In this document: one piece after another, positions 1 through 7,347 of the stretch
How positions within the stretch are numbered: position 1 is the stretch's first letter
Layout of the letters: every line of letters begins with the position of its first letter
Virus record (IMG/VR): IMGVR_UViG_3300035698_012408
Strand: one strand, 5' to 3'
Origin: a virus
Length of the DNA stretch: 64,000 nt
Notes under the pieces: generated by a model
What the model was told of the DNA's origin: nothing
Seen by the model: the letters and a program-made list of their open reading frames with translations, nothing else
Database searches by the model: none
Made by a program: the position numbers and the translations under genes

Positions 1-205
1 GATCACAACCCAGGACAGCGTCCCATTCATCCCCGTGCTCCACGAGATAACGAACAAGGACGCCAAGAAACACTGCTTCTACCCCCGCGAAATCCATATT
101 CCCGAAAGGTCCAGCCGTCCTTGCCTGCTCACGGGTCAGTATCTCCGACGGCTTCAATAACCCCTGCGATCGCCTGTCTTCACTACTCACGGCGTCGGCC
201 ATCAT
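1..205 (-). CDS. hypothetical protein, N-terminal part only (gene runs off the window start)
   Basis: Not in the ORF track because it is truncated. ATGATG at 205/202 on the minus strand, with an open frame to position 1 (68 codons, no stop). Preceded by the AGAAAGCAGGAAT leader shared with neighbouring genes. Confidence 0.4.
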   Translation of the reverse strand, partial: MMADAVSSEDRRSQGLLKPSEILTREQARTAGPFGNMDFAGVEAVFLGVLVRYLVEHGDEWDAVLGCD

Positions 206-250
206 ATTCCTGCTTTCTACGTTGTACGAATCCCTGCCACTGTCTCATTC

Positions 251-264
251 GGTTTCTAAGTACC
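251..264 (-). repeat. GGTACTTAGAAACC motif copy (a)
   Basis: Plus strand reads ggtttctaagtacc. Intergenic, 46 nt upstream of the ATG at 205. The 18-nt TTGGTACTTAGAAACCGA is identical to the copy at 7238. Confidence 0.8.
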
Positions 265-268
265 AATT

Positions 269-297
269 ATCATACCCGAGCAGCTGCCCAGGCTCAA
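269..297 (-). promoter_or_regulatory. candidate sigma70-like promoter TTGAGC-N17-TATGAT
   Basis: On the minus strand the -35 is TTGAGC (292-297) and the -10 is TATGAT (269-274) with a 17-nt spacer. Lies in the gap between the stop at 303 and the ATG at 205. The predicted start site falls inside motif copy (a). Confidence 0.3.
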
Positions 298-302
298 TAG
301 CG

Positions 303-1412
303 CTACCGTACCTGCACGCCAGCCCTCCCACGCGGGTCAGCCGGCAGATCTGGACGGACCACCAAAGGTGGTATCCACTTCACCGTGTAACCCTTCTTTG
401 TGTGGTATCCGTGGAAATGCCCGCTCCGCACATGCGAGTGAGACAACTCACGGGTCTGCTCACTGTCAAGATACTTGACTCGCCGCTGTTCTGCAAGCTC
501 CAGTAGCCGCTCACTGCGGCCCACCGTGTAGCCTTTGCCCTCGTTCCGTCGCCTAGTGGCTCGAAGATGCAGCTTCACCATTGTTTCGGCATCTGCACCC
601 TTGAGCTTCTGGATGTCCTTGCTTAGCACGTCCGCCTGCACCAGCCGGTCCTCGCCGGTGATCAGGAACGAGAGCGAAAATATGAGCCGCCACAGTTTAT
701 CCCGAGTGATCGCCCGATCTGCGGCTTGCGCGTCATTGAGACCCGAATGGCGCAACAGCCGTTCATGGGTGTTGATTATCGCCTCTTCAACCGTCTTTCT
801 CTTATCCACTACCAGGATCTCTCCACACGCCTTCATTGGGTCCGCGGTATCATGCTCGTCCCGATAATGTATGTTCAGCTCCAGCAGCTCACCCTGGTGC
901 TCTAGTTCCACGTCGAACATCCGCGACATGGTATCCGTGAACGTCGTAGACCCTGACATTGTGAACGGCGCAAAAGTGTCACAATGCCACGGCTGCGGGT
1001 CCCACACCGCCTCACATCTGTAAATCAACACGCTCGTCACGTAACAGCCCGGGCGGCCCATCGAGATTGCTCCCTTCGGTACCCGCACTTCCCAAGCGTC
1101 GAACGGTGACTTGAAATACTCGCCCGGCACGTCAATACGTGTGCGGCATAGGGAGTCAAGCAAGCTGGAATACACTTTGTAATATGGCCGGCCAAGGTCC
1201 CAGAAACGCTGATTAGACGCCGCCAGCCGTGCCATGCCAGCAGTCTCCGCATCCGGTCTGCTGTGACCTGTCCTGACGTCGTCATCCTTAATGATTCTAT
1301 CAAAGAGTTCGCTAAACATCTGCGTCCGACCCGCCGGGGTCGTCGCTGTCTTCCCGTGCAACATTCCAAGCACTGTCTTATACGCAATAAACTCGTCGCC
1401 TTTTCCGTTCAT
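303..1412 (-). CDS. hypothetical protein
   Basis: ORF 303..1451. The ATG at 1412 is preceded by AGGAG at 8 nt and follows the upstream stop at 1432. No recognisable motif. Confidence 0.7.
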   Translation of the reverse strand: MNGKGDEFIAYKTVLGMLHGKTATTPAGRTQMFSELFDRIIKDDDVRTGHSRPDAETAGMARLAASNQRFWDLGRPYYKVYSSLLDSLCRTRIDVPGEYFKSPFDAWEVRVPKGAISMGRPGCYVTSVLIYRCEAVWDPQPWHCDTFAPFTMSGSTTFTDTMSRMFDVELEHQGELLELNIHYRDEHDTADPMKACGEILVVDKRKTVEEAIINTHERLLRHSGLNDAQAADRAITRDKLWRLIFSLSFLITGEDRLVQADVLSKDIQKLKGADAETMVKLHLRATRRRNEGKGYTVGRSERLLELAEQRRVKYLDSEQTRELSHSHVRSGHFHGYHTKKGYTVKWIPPLVVRPDLPADPRGRAGVQVR

Positions 1413-1431
1413 CTGCTTCTCCTGCTTCTGC

Positions 1432-2211
1432 TTATCTGATGCCCAGGGCACGACTACACCACGCCTTGCCGTAAATGTAGATCAGCCACCGTCGTACGAT
1501 GTCCGCGTCCTTCGCACTCTGAAGATTATACAACCAAGCGTGGCTCGACGCCATATCCCCCGCTCTGTGCTTCTTCCCCAGGAGGTACAGCCTGATTGTC
1601 CGCTCGGCTTGATACTTCACCAGGGCACGCAGATGCTTCGTGTCGTAGGCCCAGGTGGGCTGTTTGAGCTTCCGATGCTCTACGACAGCCAGCAGATGAA
1701 ATGAATACCCCATCATCTCCATCATCTGCTGCATGTCCCCGTAGTTCCCTGCCCCTGTCTCCACATTATGTTGGGCAGAGCTAAGATAGGCCGACCACTC
1801 GTCCAGGACGTAGGCAGGCTCGTTGTTCCAGTCCCTCTGCTGATCGAGCATGTAGAGCTTGTAACTCATGCCCCGGAGGCTCTGTGGCACTGCCGCGGCC
1901 ACGTTGGCGAGCGTTACGGGTTTCGGCTCCAACAAGACGTAGGAGCGGCCCCAACCGCCGTAGCTGGCGTTGTACTGGCTCGTCCCGCTGCCATAGCGGT
2001 TCCGCACCTCGCTGTTCATCTGGTGCGTGGTCTCATGGATGCGGGTGGTTTCCTCCCCAGTACGGTGCGGCTGCTTCGTTCTGGCCATCACGTCAGCATA
2101 GGCTCCCCGTCCCTGGGGAGTTCGGTACTCTGGTACTGTCACCCATTGCGCGGCAGCGGGGGACGCCAGGAGGAAAAACGCAATCAACTTCACGCCTGCA
2201 CGTGAAAACAT
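1432..2211 (-). CDS. secreted protein with HExxH motif (possible zinc metallopeptidase)
   Basis: Signal-peptide-like N-terminus MFSRAGVKLIAFFLLASPAAAQW. IHETTHQMNSE contains HExxH. AAGGA leader. Confidence 0.6.
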   Translation of the reverse strand: MFSRAGVKLIAFFLLASPAAAQWVTVPEYRTPQGRGAYADVMARTKQPHRTGEETTRIHETTHQMNSEVRNRYGSGTSQYNASYGGWGRSYVLLEPKPVTLANVAAAVPQSLRGMSYKLYMLDQQRDWNNEPAYVLDEWSAYLSSAQHNVETGAGNYGDMQQMMEMMGYSFHLLAVVEHRKLKQPTWAYDTKHLRALVKYQAERTIRLYLLGKKHRAGDMASSHAWLYNLQSAKDADIVRRWLIYIYGKAWCSRALGIR

Positions 2212-2242
2212 ATCCTTGTTCCTTAGATAAAGCGGCTTTACC

Positions 2243-2848
2243 TTAGCCTAGATCGATCTCTCGTAACTCCCGTACTGCCGCTAAGTTCTTATAGCAATCT
2301 CCCAACCACGCACTCGCGCCGTCGCAGAAACTCTTGGTATCATCCAGCTTTCGTAATTTGCGCTTAGCGTGGCCGATAGCTGCCTGCGTGTTCGCCGCGT
2401 CGTCAATGACCGCCTGCGTCTCGGCAATCTCCATTCCGACCTTTCCTAAGTCACGCAATACTTGGTTGCGCAGGGCCTTCACCGTATCCAGCTCAGCCGT
2501 CCCGATTCGCGAGAGTAATCCATCGATCTCGGTGTGCAGCTCCGTGATCTCCTGCTCTTGCTCCAGCAGCACCTCGTCGGTCAGGTCACACGTCAGCTCG
2601 TCATGGTTCTCCATCCGCTCCTTCCAGATGCGGGCCTGATAAGCTGCATGGGGGCGACTGTAGCCCTTAACGTCCACGATCGAGTCCTGGAGTGTCATCC
2701 CCTTCGCCACTCGATGTGCGATCTTGATCATCGCGAGGCGGTAACGGCTGCCCGTCGGGAGCTGGGCGGCTGCGGCCACGAGTCGGCGACTCATCTTGGC
2801 CCAGCCGCATCGCTTACACTTGATTTCTTTGTCTGTTAGACTTGTCAT
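2243..2848 (-). CDS. hypothetical protein, N-terminal CxxC, coiled-coil-like centre
   Basis: ORF 2243..2881. The ATG at 2848 sits 1 nt after the upstream stop (2850) with a GAAAGCAGGA leader. Contains KCKRCGW. Confidence 0.65.
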   Translation of the reverse strand: MTSLTDKEIKCKRCGWAKMSRRLVAAAAQLPTGSRYRLAMIKIAHRVAKGMTLQDSIVDVKGYSRPHAAYQARIWKERMENHDELTCDLTDEVLLEQEQEITELHTEIDGLLSRIGTAELDTVKALRNQVLRDLGKVGMEIAETQAVIDDAANTQAAIGHAKRKLRKLDDTKSFCDGASAWLGDCYKNLAAVRELREIDLG

Positions 2849-2849
2849 C

Positions 2850-3158
2850 TTATCCTGCTTTCCGCGATGCTTGCGCTTCACTAATTTTACGTTCTTCCTT
2901 CCAACGCTTGGTTGTCAACCAGTATGACAAACCGAGATGAAAACAATGTCGACTTTCCGCAAGCTCCTTCAGGCCCTCCGCCACTGCCCTTGCGTGCGAC
3001 GAGAGGCTTTCGTCCTTACTCTGTGTCGTGAATTTATCAACATACCATAGGACCTCAGATATATCCTCCAGTGCGTCGTCCGCTAACTCCTTCAGCATAG
3101 CTAATCTCGCCGCATCCTCGGCGTCACGTATTTGTTGCGACTGCTCTTGGCCCATCAC
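2850..3158 (-). CDS. hypothetical protein
   Basis: 102-aa ORF tightly packed between neighbours, with a GAAAGCAG leader. Confidence 0.6.
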   Translation of the reverse strand: MMGQEQSQQIRDAEDAARLAMLKELADDALEDISEVLWYVDKFTTQSKDESLSSHARAVAEGLKELAESRHCFHLGLSYWLTTKRWKEERKISEAQASRKAG

Positions 3159-3175
3159 ACTGCTTTCTGCTTGGG

Positions 3176-3730
3176 TTAGCCCCTGACGCGGCGAGCCACG
3201 TCAAGGTCGTAAGTATTCTGACCTGTTTGATTCGATACCGGGCGTCGCCACGTGTCCGCAGCGTTGCATCGGACCATATCATCTGCGTATACCCAGTCAG
3301 CGTTGTAAACGCGATCGTAACCCGCTGGTGTGTCCGTGTCTACGACCGGCTGCACTATCGGAGGTGGCAACACCGCAGGGCCGGGTGTCGTAAACAGGTC
3401 AGATGCGGCTGCCTGCAACGTAAACCGACTGGTCTGTTGTTGCTGCCGTAACCACTGATCCAGCCATAACAGACACTGCTCCGCCTTCTTCAGCTTGGTA
3501 CGCATTTTAGCTGTCGGACGGTTGTTTAACTGTCGTCGCGCCGTCGTAAGATCGGCGGCCCTGGTGCGCTGCAACTCCTCGAACAAACCATCGCGGAGCT
3601 CTTGGGCCTGTGCGATCGGCACCGGGCTCTGCTGTTGTGTCGGTTGCGTCCTTGGCATCGTGATGCCTGCGGGTATCCCGACACCAACGCCCTGCGGTTG
3701 ATAACCGCCGCCTGGAAGTGTATTATCCAT
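3176..3730 (-). CDS. hypothetical protein
   Basis: 184-aa ORF with leader AGAAAGCAGAGAC directly before the ATG. Confidence 0.65.
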   Translation of the reverse strand: MDNTLPGGGYQPQGVGVGIPAGITMPRTQPTQQQSPVPIAQAQELRDGLFEELQRTRAADLTTARRQLNNRPTAKMRTKLKKAEQCLLWLDQWLRQQQQTSRFTLQAAASDLFTTPGPAVLPPPIVQPVVDTDTPAGYDRVYNADWVYADDMVRCNAADTWRRPVSNQTGQNTYDLDVARRVRG

Positions 3731-3741
3731 GTCTCTGCTTT

Positions 3742-4380
3742 CTAGTCTAAGTCCGGTTCAATAAAGTCACTAGGCAAGCCACCGTGTGTCTCTGCCTGCT
3801 GCTCTGCCGCAATCAGTCGCGGCCGTAACCAGTCCGTGACGTGCGTGAACTTGATAGCTTCACCTGCCGCCCTGTTCTGCTCCGCCCCGGCATCAATCAC
3901 CAGATCTTCCTCCGACCCGTCTGCGGATAAAGCTGTAAACTGTGACGCTGCCGCCGCGAGGTTATCACATGCCACCACGCGCTCCGCCTCCGCCGTGGCA
4001 ATCAACGACCTAAGCAAGCGAGGGTGTTCGTCGCGGATAAGATAGTCCATACGGCGTGTATTTTCGAGATAACTCGACAGCATCTCCCCAAGCACTACGC
4101 ATGAGATGCGAAGGTCATCGTCGACCGCCTGCAACCAGCCACAAGCTCTAGCTCTCAGATGCTCGCTAAAATCGGGTATGTCCGGCATGTTGGCATCGTC
4201 GGCATACGCCTTAACGAGGCCATCCAACAAACTGCCACCAGCCTCCACGAAGACTGCGACGGCGGTGATCTTCTCGCCAAAGTCGAACTCGTCCGGGATC
4301 ACTGAACATGCCTCCCGTAGCCCGTGGCACACCATAGCGTACCGTGGGTCATTGCACCTAGATGGATCGATAGAAGACAT
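3742..4380 (-). CDS. hypothetical protein (acidic)
   Basis: 212-aa ORF with an AGGAG leader. The stop of the upstream gene is at 4384. Confidence 0.65.
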   Translation of the reverse strand: MSSIDPSRCNDPRYAMVCHGLREACSVIPDEFDFGEKITAVAVFVEAGGSLLDGLVKAYADDANMPDIPDFSEHLRARACGWLQAVDDDLRISCVVLGEMLSSYLENTRRMDYLIRDEHPRLLRSLIATAEAERVVACDNLAAAASQFTALSADGSEEDLVIDAGAEQNRAAGEAIKFTHVTDWLRPRLIAAEQQAETHGGLPSDFIEPDLD

Positions 4381-4383
4381 CTG

Positions 4384-4998
4384 CTACTCCTGATTAGTTA
4401 ATAACCTTGCCACCTGGAAATTGCGAATATTCGTTATGCCGCATAGATGTGCCGGTATTTCTCGCCACGCCTCCGTGTCGTCTTTCCGCACCATGTCACT
4501 GGCGTGGAGCATTTGAGGCGACCGGCAAAAGAAACACCCCTCTGGGACATCTTGCTGGGCGCCTGCCGTGTAGTCTGACGTCTGGCCCAATAGGGTACCG
4601 CATCGCGGGCAGCGAGTGTCCGGGTCATTGTAATCCTGAATACCGGTGCGGCCACATTGTAGGCACGTGACACCTGGGGCGGCTTCCTGCGTACGCAGCA
4701 AAAATGCCGTCTCTTCCGGCGTATCGACCCCGAACCACTCCTCGAACAGCCGACATGCGGGCGTGTACGCGCTCACTATCGGGTAGCGTTCATGAATGGC
4801 CCGCGGATCAGCACCCGGAGCGTACCACGGCGGCGCCGCGAGGCACATGCCTATCTCTGGATGCGGCACCTCCTGCGATGAATCACACTCGTGCTCACCG
4901 CTTGTCGGGTGATACGCATTACACTCGCAACACGTCTTACTTAGGAACAATTGACGAGGTACTCGCGATAGCGGTGCCTCAGGGGGTTGGGTGCTCAT
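4384..4998 (-). CDS. cysteine-rich protein with several zinc-ribbon-like CxxC pairs
   Basis: ORF 4384..5145. The internal ATG at 4998 has the AGAAAGCAGAGACA leader and reduces the overlap with 4979..5422 to 20 nt. Motifs CCECN...HECD and CLQCG...CPRCG. Confidence 0.6.
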   Translation of the reverse strand: MSTQPPEAPLSRVPRQLFLSKTCCECNAYHPTSGEHECDSSQEVPHPEIGMCLAAPPWYAPGADPRAIHERYPIVSAYTPACRLFEEWFGVDTPEETAFLLRTQEAAPGVTCLQCGRTGIQDYNDPDTRCPRCGTLLGQTSDYTAGAQQDVPEGCFFCRSPQMLHASDMVRKDDTEAWREIPAHLCGITNIRNFQVARLLTNQE

Positions 4999-5422
4999 TG
5001 TCTCTGCTTTCTGCTGCTGCTTCGACCACGGTGTCCCCACCGGGCCGTTTCGGAAATATGAAGATGTATTTCCAATCCTTGGAAGATCCGGCGAGTCCAT
5101 CGCCGGTTGGATGCGGATCAAAGAAGATGTCTCCATTATACCCAATCACGGTGTGGTTGCAACCGCCACGGGGTGAAGGACCAGAAATAATATGCAAACC
5201 CCAGAGTTCACTGAAGCCATCCAGCTTACCGGGCTTGGCGTCCACCCGTGCCAGATCACGCTCCTCCAGCCACTGATAGAAGTTGATCGGCCACTCGGGC
5301 TCCGATCGCCAGTGTGGGAGCTGGACGATCGGTATCTGGAGCAACGTAGCCACGCATGCCCGCAGACAGTCACCAAACGTGTCACTGGACGAGAGTACCT
5401 GCTGCTGGTAAACGCGTAACAT
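4979..5422 (-). CDS. putative papain-fold (C39-like) cysteine peptidase
   Basis: FGDCLRACVATLL (candidate Cys nucleophile), GGCNHTVIGYNGD (candidate His), IFFDPHP (candidate Asp). Pattern match only. Confidence 0.5.
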   Translation of the reverse strand: MLRVYQQQVLSSSDTFGDCLRACVATLLQIPIVQLPHWRSEPEWPINFYQWLEERDLARVDAKPGKLDGFSELWGLHIISGPSPRGGCNHTVIGYNGDIFFDPHPTGDGLAGSSKDWKYIFIFPKRPGGDTVVEAAAESRDNEHPTP

Positions 5423-6005
5423 CGAGAGCCCTCTGGTGTGCTGTCTGGGGATCGTAAGTCCAAACGTAGCTGGATGGATGCTTCCATCCGTACAACGTCA
5501 GGTCCAATGCCGCCTGCACGCTCCTGCGATTAGCGTCATGCCCCGCCAGCAGCCCCGTTGGGGACAGCAATGGCAACCACGCCCTGATGTCTGCTACTAC
5601 TTCATCGGTTGTGTGCCCTCCATCAATGAAGATGAAGTCAAATAGACCGAGAGGAGCCAGCAACCGTGCTGCCTCCTCACTTGATGTCGGTACGAACTCC
5701 ACGATGCCGGCATCCACCCACTGTGCTAGGTTCCGCTTGGCATGGCGGATGAAGTTGGTATCGCTCACTGCCTCCTTATGTGATGTCAACTGCTCCGTCG
5801 CTGATCCTCGGAAGTGATCCACGGCCCAGATATGCCCTCGGGCAAACTCTGCCATGCACGCGGTACTCTTCCCCTTCCACACTCCGATCTCCACGCAGTT
5901 CACATGCTGCGAGGCCTGCTCTGCTACGAACTGCATAGCTGCTGGGTCGAACCAGCCTTCGATACGTGCAGCCTTGTAAGTTGAGGGGACACGAATGTCA
6001 GCCAT
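5382..6005 (-). CDS. class I SAM-dependent methyltransferase (Methyltransf_24/CmcI-like)
   Basis: VEIGVWKGKSTACMAEF, FIFIDGGH, LLAGHD. The ATG at 6005 is preceded by AAGGTGGA; the track start at 6017 is a GTG. Confidence 0.7.
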   Translation of the reverse strand: MADIRVPSTYKAARIEGWFDPAAMQFVAEQASQHVNCVEIGVWKGKSTACMAEFARGHIWAVDHFRGSATEQLTSHKEAVSDTNFIRHAKRNLAQWVDAGIVEFVPTSSEEAARLLAPLGLFDFIFIDGGHTTDEVVADIRAWLPLLSPTGLLAGHDANRRSVQAALDLTLYGWKHPSSYVWTYDPQTAHQRALDVTRLPAAGTLVQ

Positions 6006-6366
6006 CTGCTGGTCCACCTTCGGAATAGTCAGTTGCCCAGTCGCACTTGTCCAGGTACTCGCAGATCTGTGCCTTCAGCTCCGTGAGTCGTGTCTTCCTG
6101 CGGTTGTCCTTCCCCAACGGTACCACAGTGATAGGCGCGTCATCGGCACCGAGTAAGCGCTTGGCCTGCGGTACCAACTCGGCGGGGTAATCAATAACGG
6201 CCACAACGTCGACCAAAGCAGATGCTGCCTTGATGGCTCGACGGTGGCCGATACCTAACGCACAGGCCTTGTGGCCCCGATCATTGAGAAGTTCTGCTAT
6301 TACTGCCGAGCGTCCTTCGCCCGATGGTCCAATACACAATATCCGCTGCGGCTGCTTTGACATCAT
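5998..6366 (-). CDS. hypothetical small alpha/beta protein with a P-loop-like GPSGEGRS
   Basis: ATGATG at 6366 is preceded by AAGGGAGA and follows the upstream stop at 6375. RILCIGPSGEGRSAV has Arg where the Walker A Lys would be. Confidence 0.55.
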   Translation of the reverse strand: MMSKQPQRILCIGPSGEGRSAVIAELLNDRGHKACALGIGHRRAIKAASALVDVVAVIDYPAELVPQAKRLLGADDAPITVVPLGKDNRRKTRLTELKAQICEYLDKCDWATDYSEGGPADG

Positions 6367-6374
6367 TGTCTCCC

Positions 6375-6857
6375 TTAGCGTAAATGCCGTGGGATGAAAT
6401 GTTCCCACACGATCTCGAACTCACCACCCTGCTTGTCCCACCAATAGGTATTATCGCAGCCGTTGTGGTTGCACTTCCCCTCCTTACCTTCGGTGTAGAG
6501 ATTCAATGGCCATCCGCACGCCGGGCACACTGGTCCGTCATGCTCGTCGCCATCATCATGTCGTATCGCTCCCGACATCGTGTCCTGCATCTTTCCGCCT
6601 GCTTCCGGCGACTGCTCTTCCAGTATGATTAGATCCGGTACCGGACACCCTTCAGGTCCGCATACCGGTGCAACAGGTGTTGCGGGCGTAACGCCCATGC
6701 CCCGCTGTGCCTCGATCGATATGTTATCGATCCGGTCATGCACTGCATCAAGCTCGAACTTCACGAACACGGTCATGAAGATGCCTGCGCAGATGACGAT
6801 AAATATGGTCAGCCAGAGAGCTGCCATGTGTTGCTGCTGTCTCGGGTTACTGGCCAT
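6375..6857 (-). CDS. membrane-anchored protein with C-terminal zinc ribbon
   Basis: The ATG at 6857 is preceded by GGAGGG. Transmembrane segment ALWLTIFIVICAGIFMTVFV. CPACGW...CNHNGC. Confidence 0.6.
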   Translation of the reverse strand: MASNPRQQQHMAALWLTIFIVICAGIFMTVFVKFELDAVHDRIDNISIEAQRGMGVTPATPVAPVCGPEGCPVPDLIILEEQSPEAGGKMQDTMSGAIRHDDGDEHDGPVCPACGWPLNLYTEGKEGKCNHNGCDNTYWWDKQGGEFEIVWEHFIPRHLR

Positions 6858-6928
6858 TGGTGAATCCCTCCACTTGTTTGGCTTCCCATTTAGACTTGTG
6901 TAATCCGATAAACCACCGGTCGCTAACA

Positions 6929-7225
6929 TTAACATGGTGTCCCCTGCTTGTTCTTGTTGGCTGCTCTACGATCCAACAGCTTGTGAATCCAACCGCCCCA
7001 CCTGCCGAAGCAGCACCCGAACCAGTGACCCAGCTCATGTGGTAAGTCGCGGAGCCCTCTGTCCTTCTTCAGGAAGATGGCGTTGTAAAAAGGGCTGTAG
7101 GCGGCAGTGCTCGACGACGTGATCCAGTCAGGGAGCTCTTCGCTCTGATAGATCTTGGGCAGCCGCCACCGTGATCCTTTGTACCACGGCTCGCTGCTCC
7201 AGTCTACAGCGTCGGCATCCCGCAT
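6929..7225 (-). CDS. small HExxH protein (possible minimal metallopeptidase)
   Basis: LPHELGHWFG. Start chosen at ATG 7225 (leader GAGGATAGCAGC); the track ORF extends to 7297. Confidence 0.5.
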   Translation of the reverse strand: MRDADAVDWSSEPWYKGSRWRLPKIYQSEELPDWITSSSTAAYSPFYNAIFLKKDRGLRDLPHELGHWFGCCFGRWGGWIHKLLDRRAANKNKQGTPC

Positions 7226-7237
7226 GCTGCTATCCTC

Positions 7238-7251
7238 GGTTTCTAAGTACC
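7238..7251 (-). repeat. GGTACTTAGAAACC motif copy (b)
   Basis: Plus strand reads ggtttctaagtacc, 13 nt upstream of the ATG at 7225. The 18 nt are identical to copy (a). Confidence 0.8.
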
Positions 7252-7256
7252 AAAAG

Positions 7257-7284
7257 AAAATAACGCGTGCCCGGCCAATCTTAA
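7257..7284 (-). promoter_or_regulatory. candidate promoter TTAAGA-N16-TATTTT
   Basis: Same geometry as 269..297: the -10 ends 4-5 nt before the motif copy. Weak hexamers. Confidence 0.25.
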
Positions 7285-7347
7285 CCCAGGCATGCAACCC
7301 GCAATCGGAGAAATCTTGCCAAGTTGCACGTTACGCGTTATCGTAGT

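Noticed and set aside
5998-6366. Low-molecular-weight phosphotyrosine phosphatase or ArsC-like call from ILCIGPSGEGRS
   Set aside because: The Cys-to-Arg spacing is 7 residues, not the CX5R of that family. As a Walker A motif it has Arg instead of Lys. Left as hypothetical.
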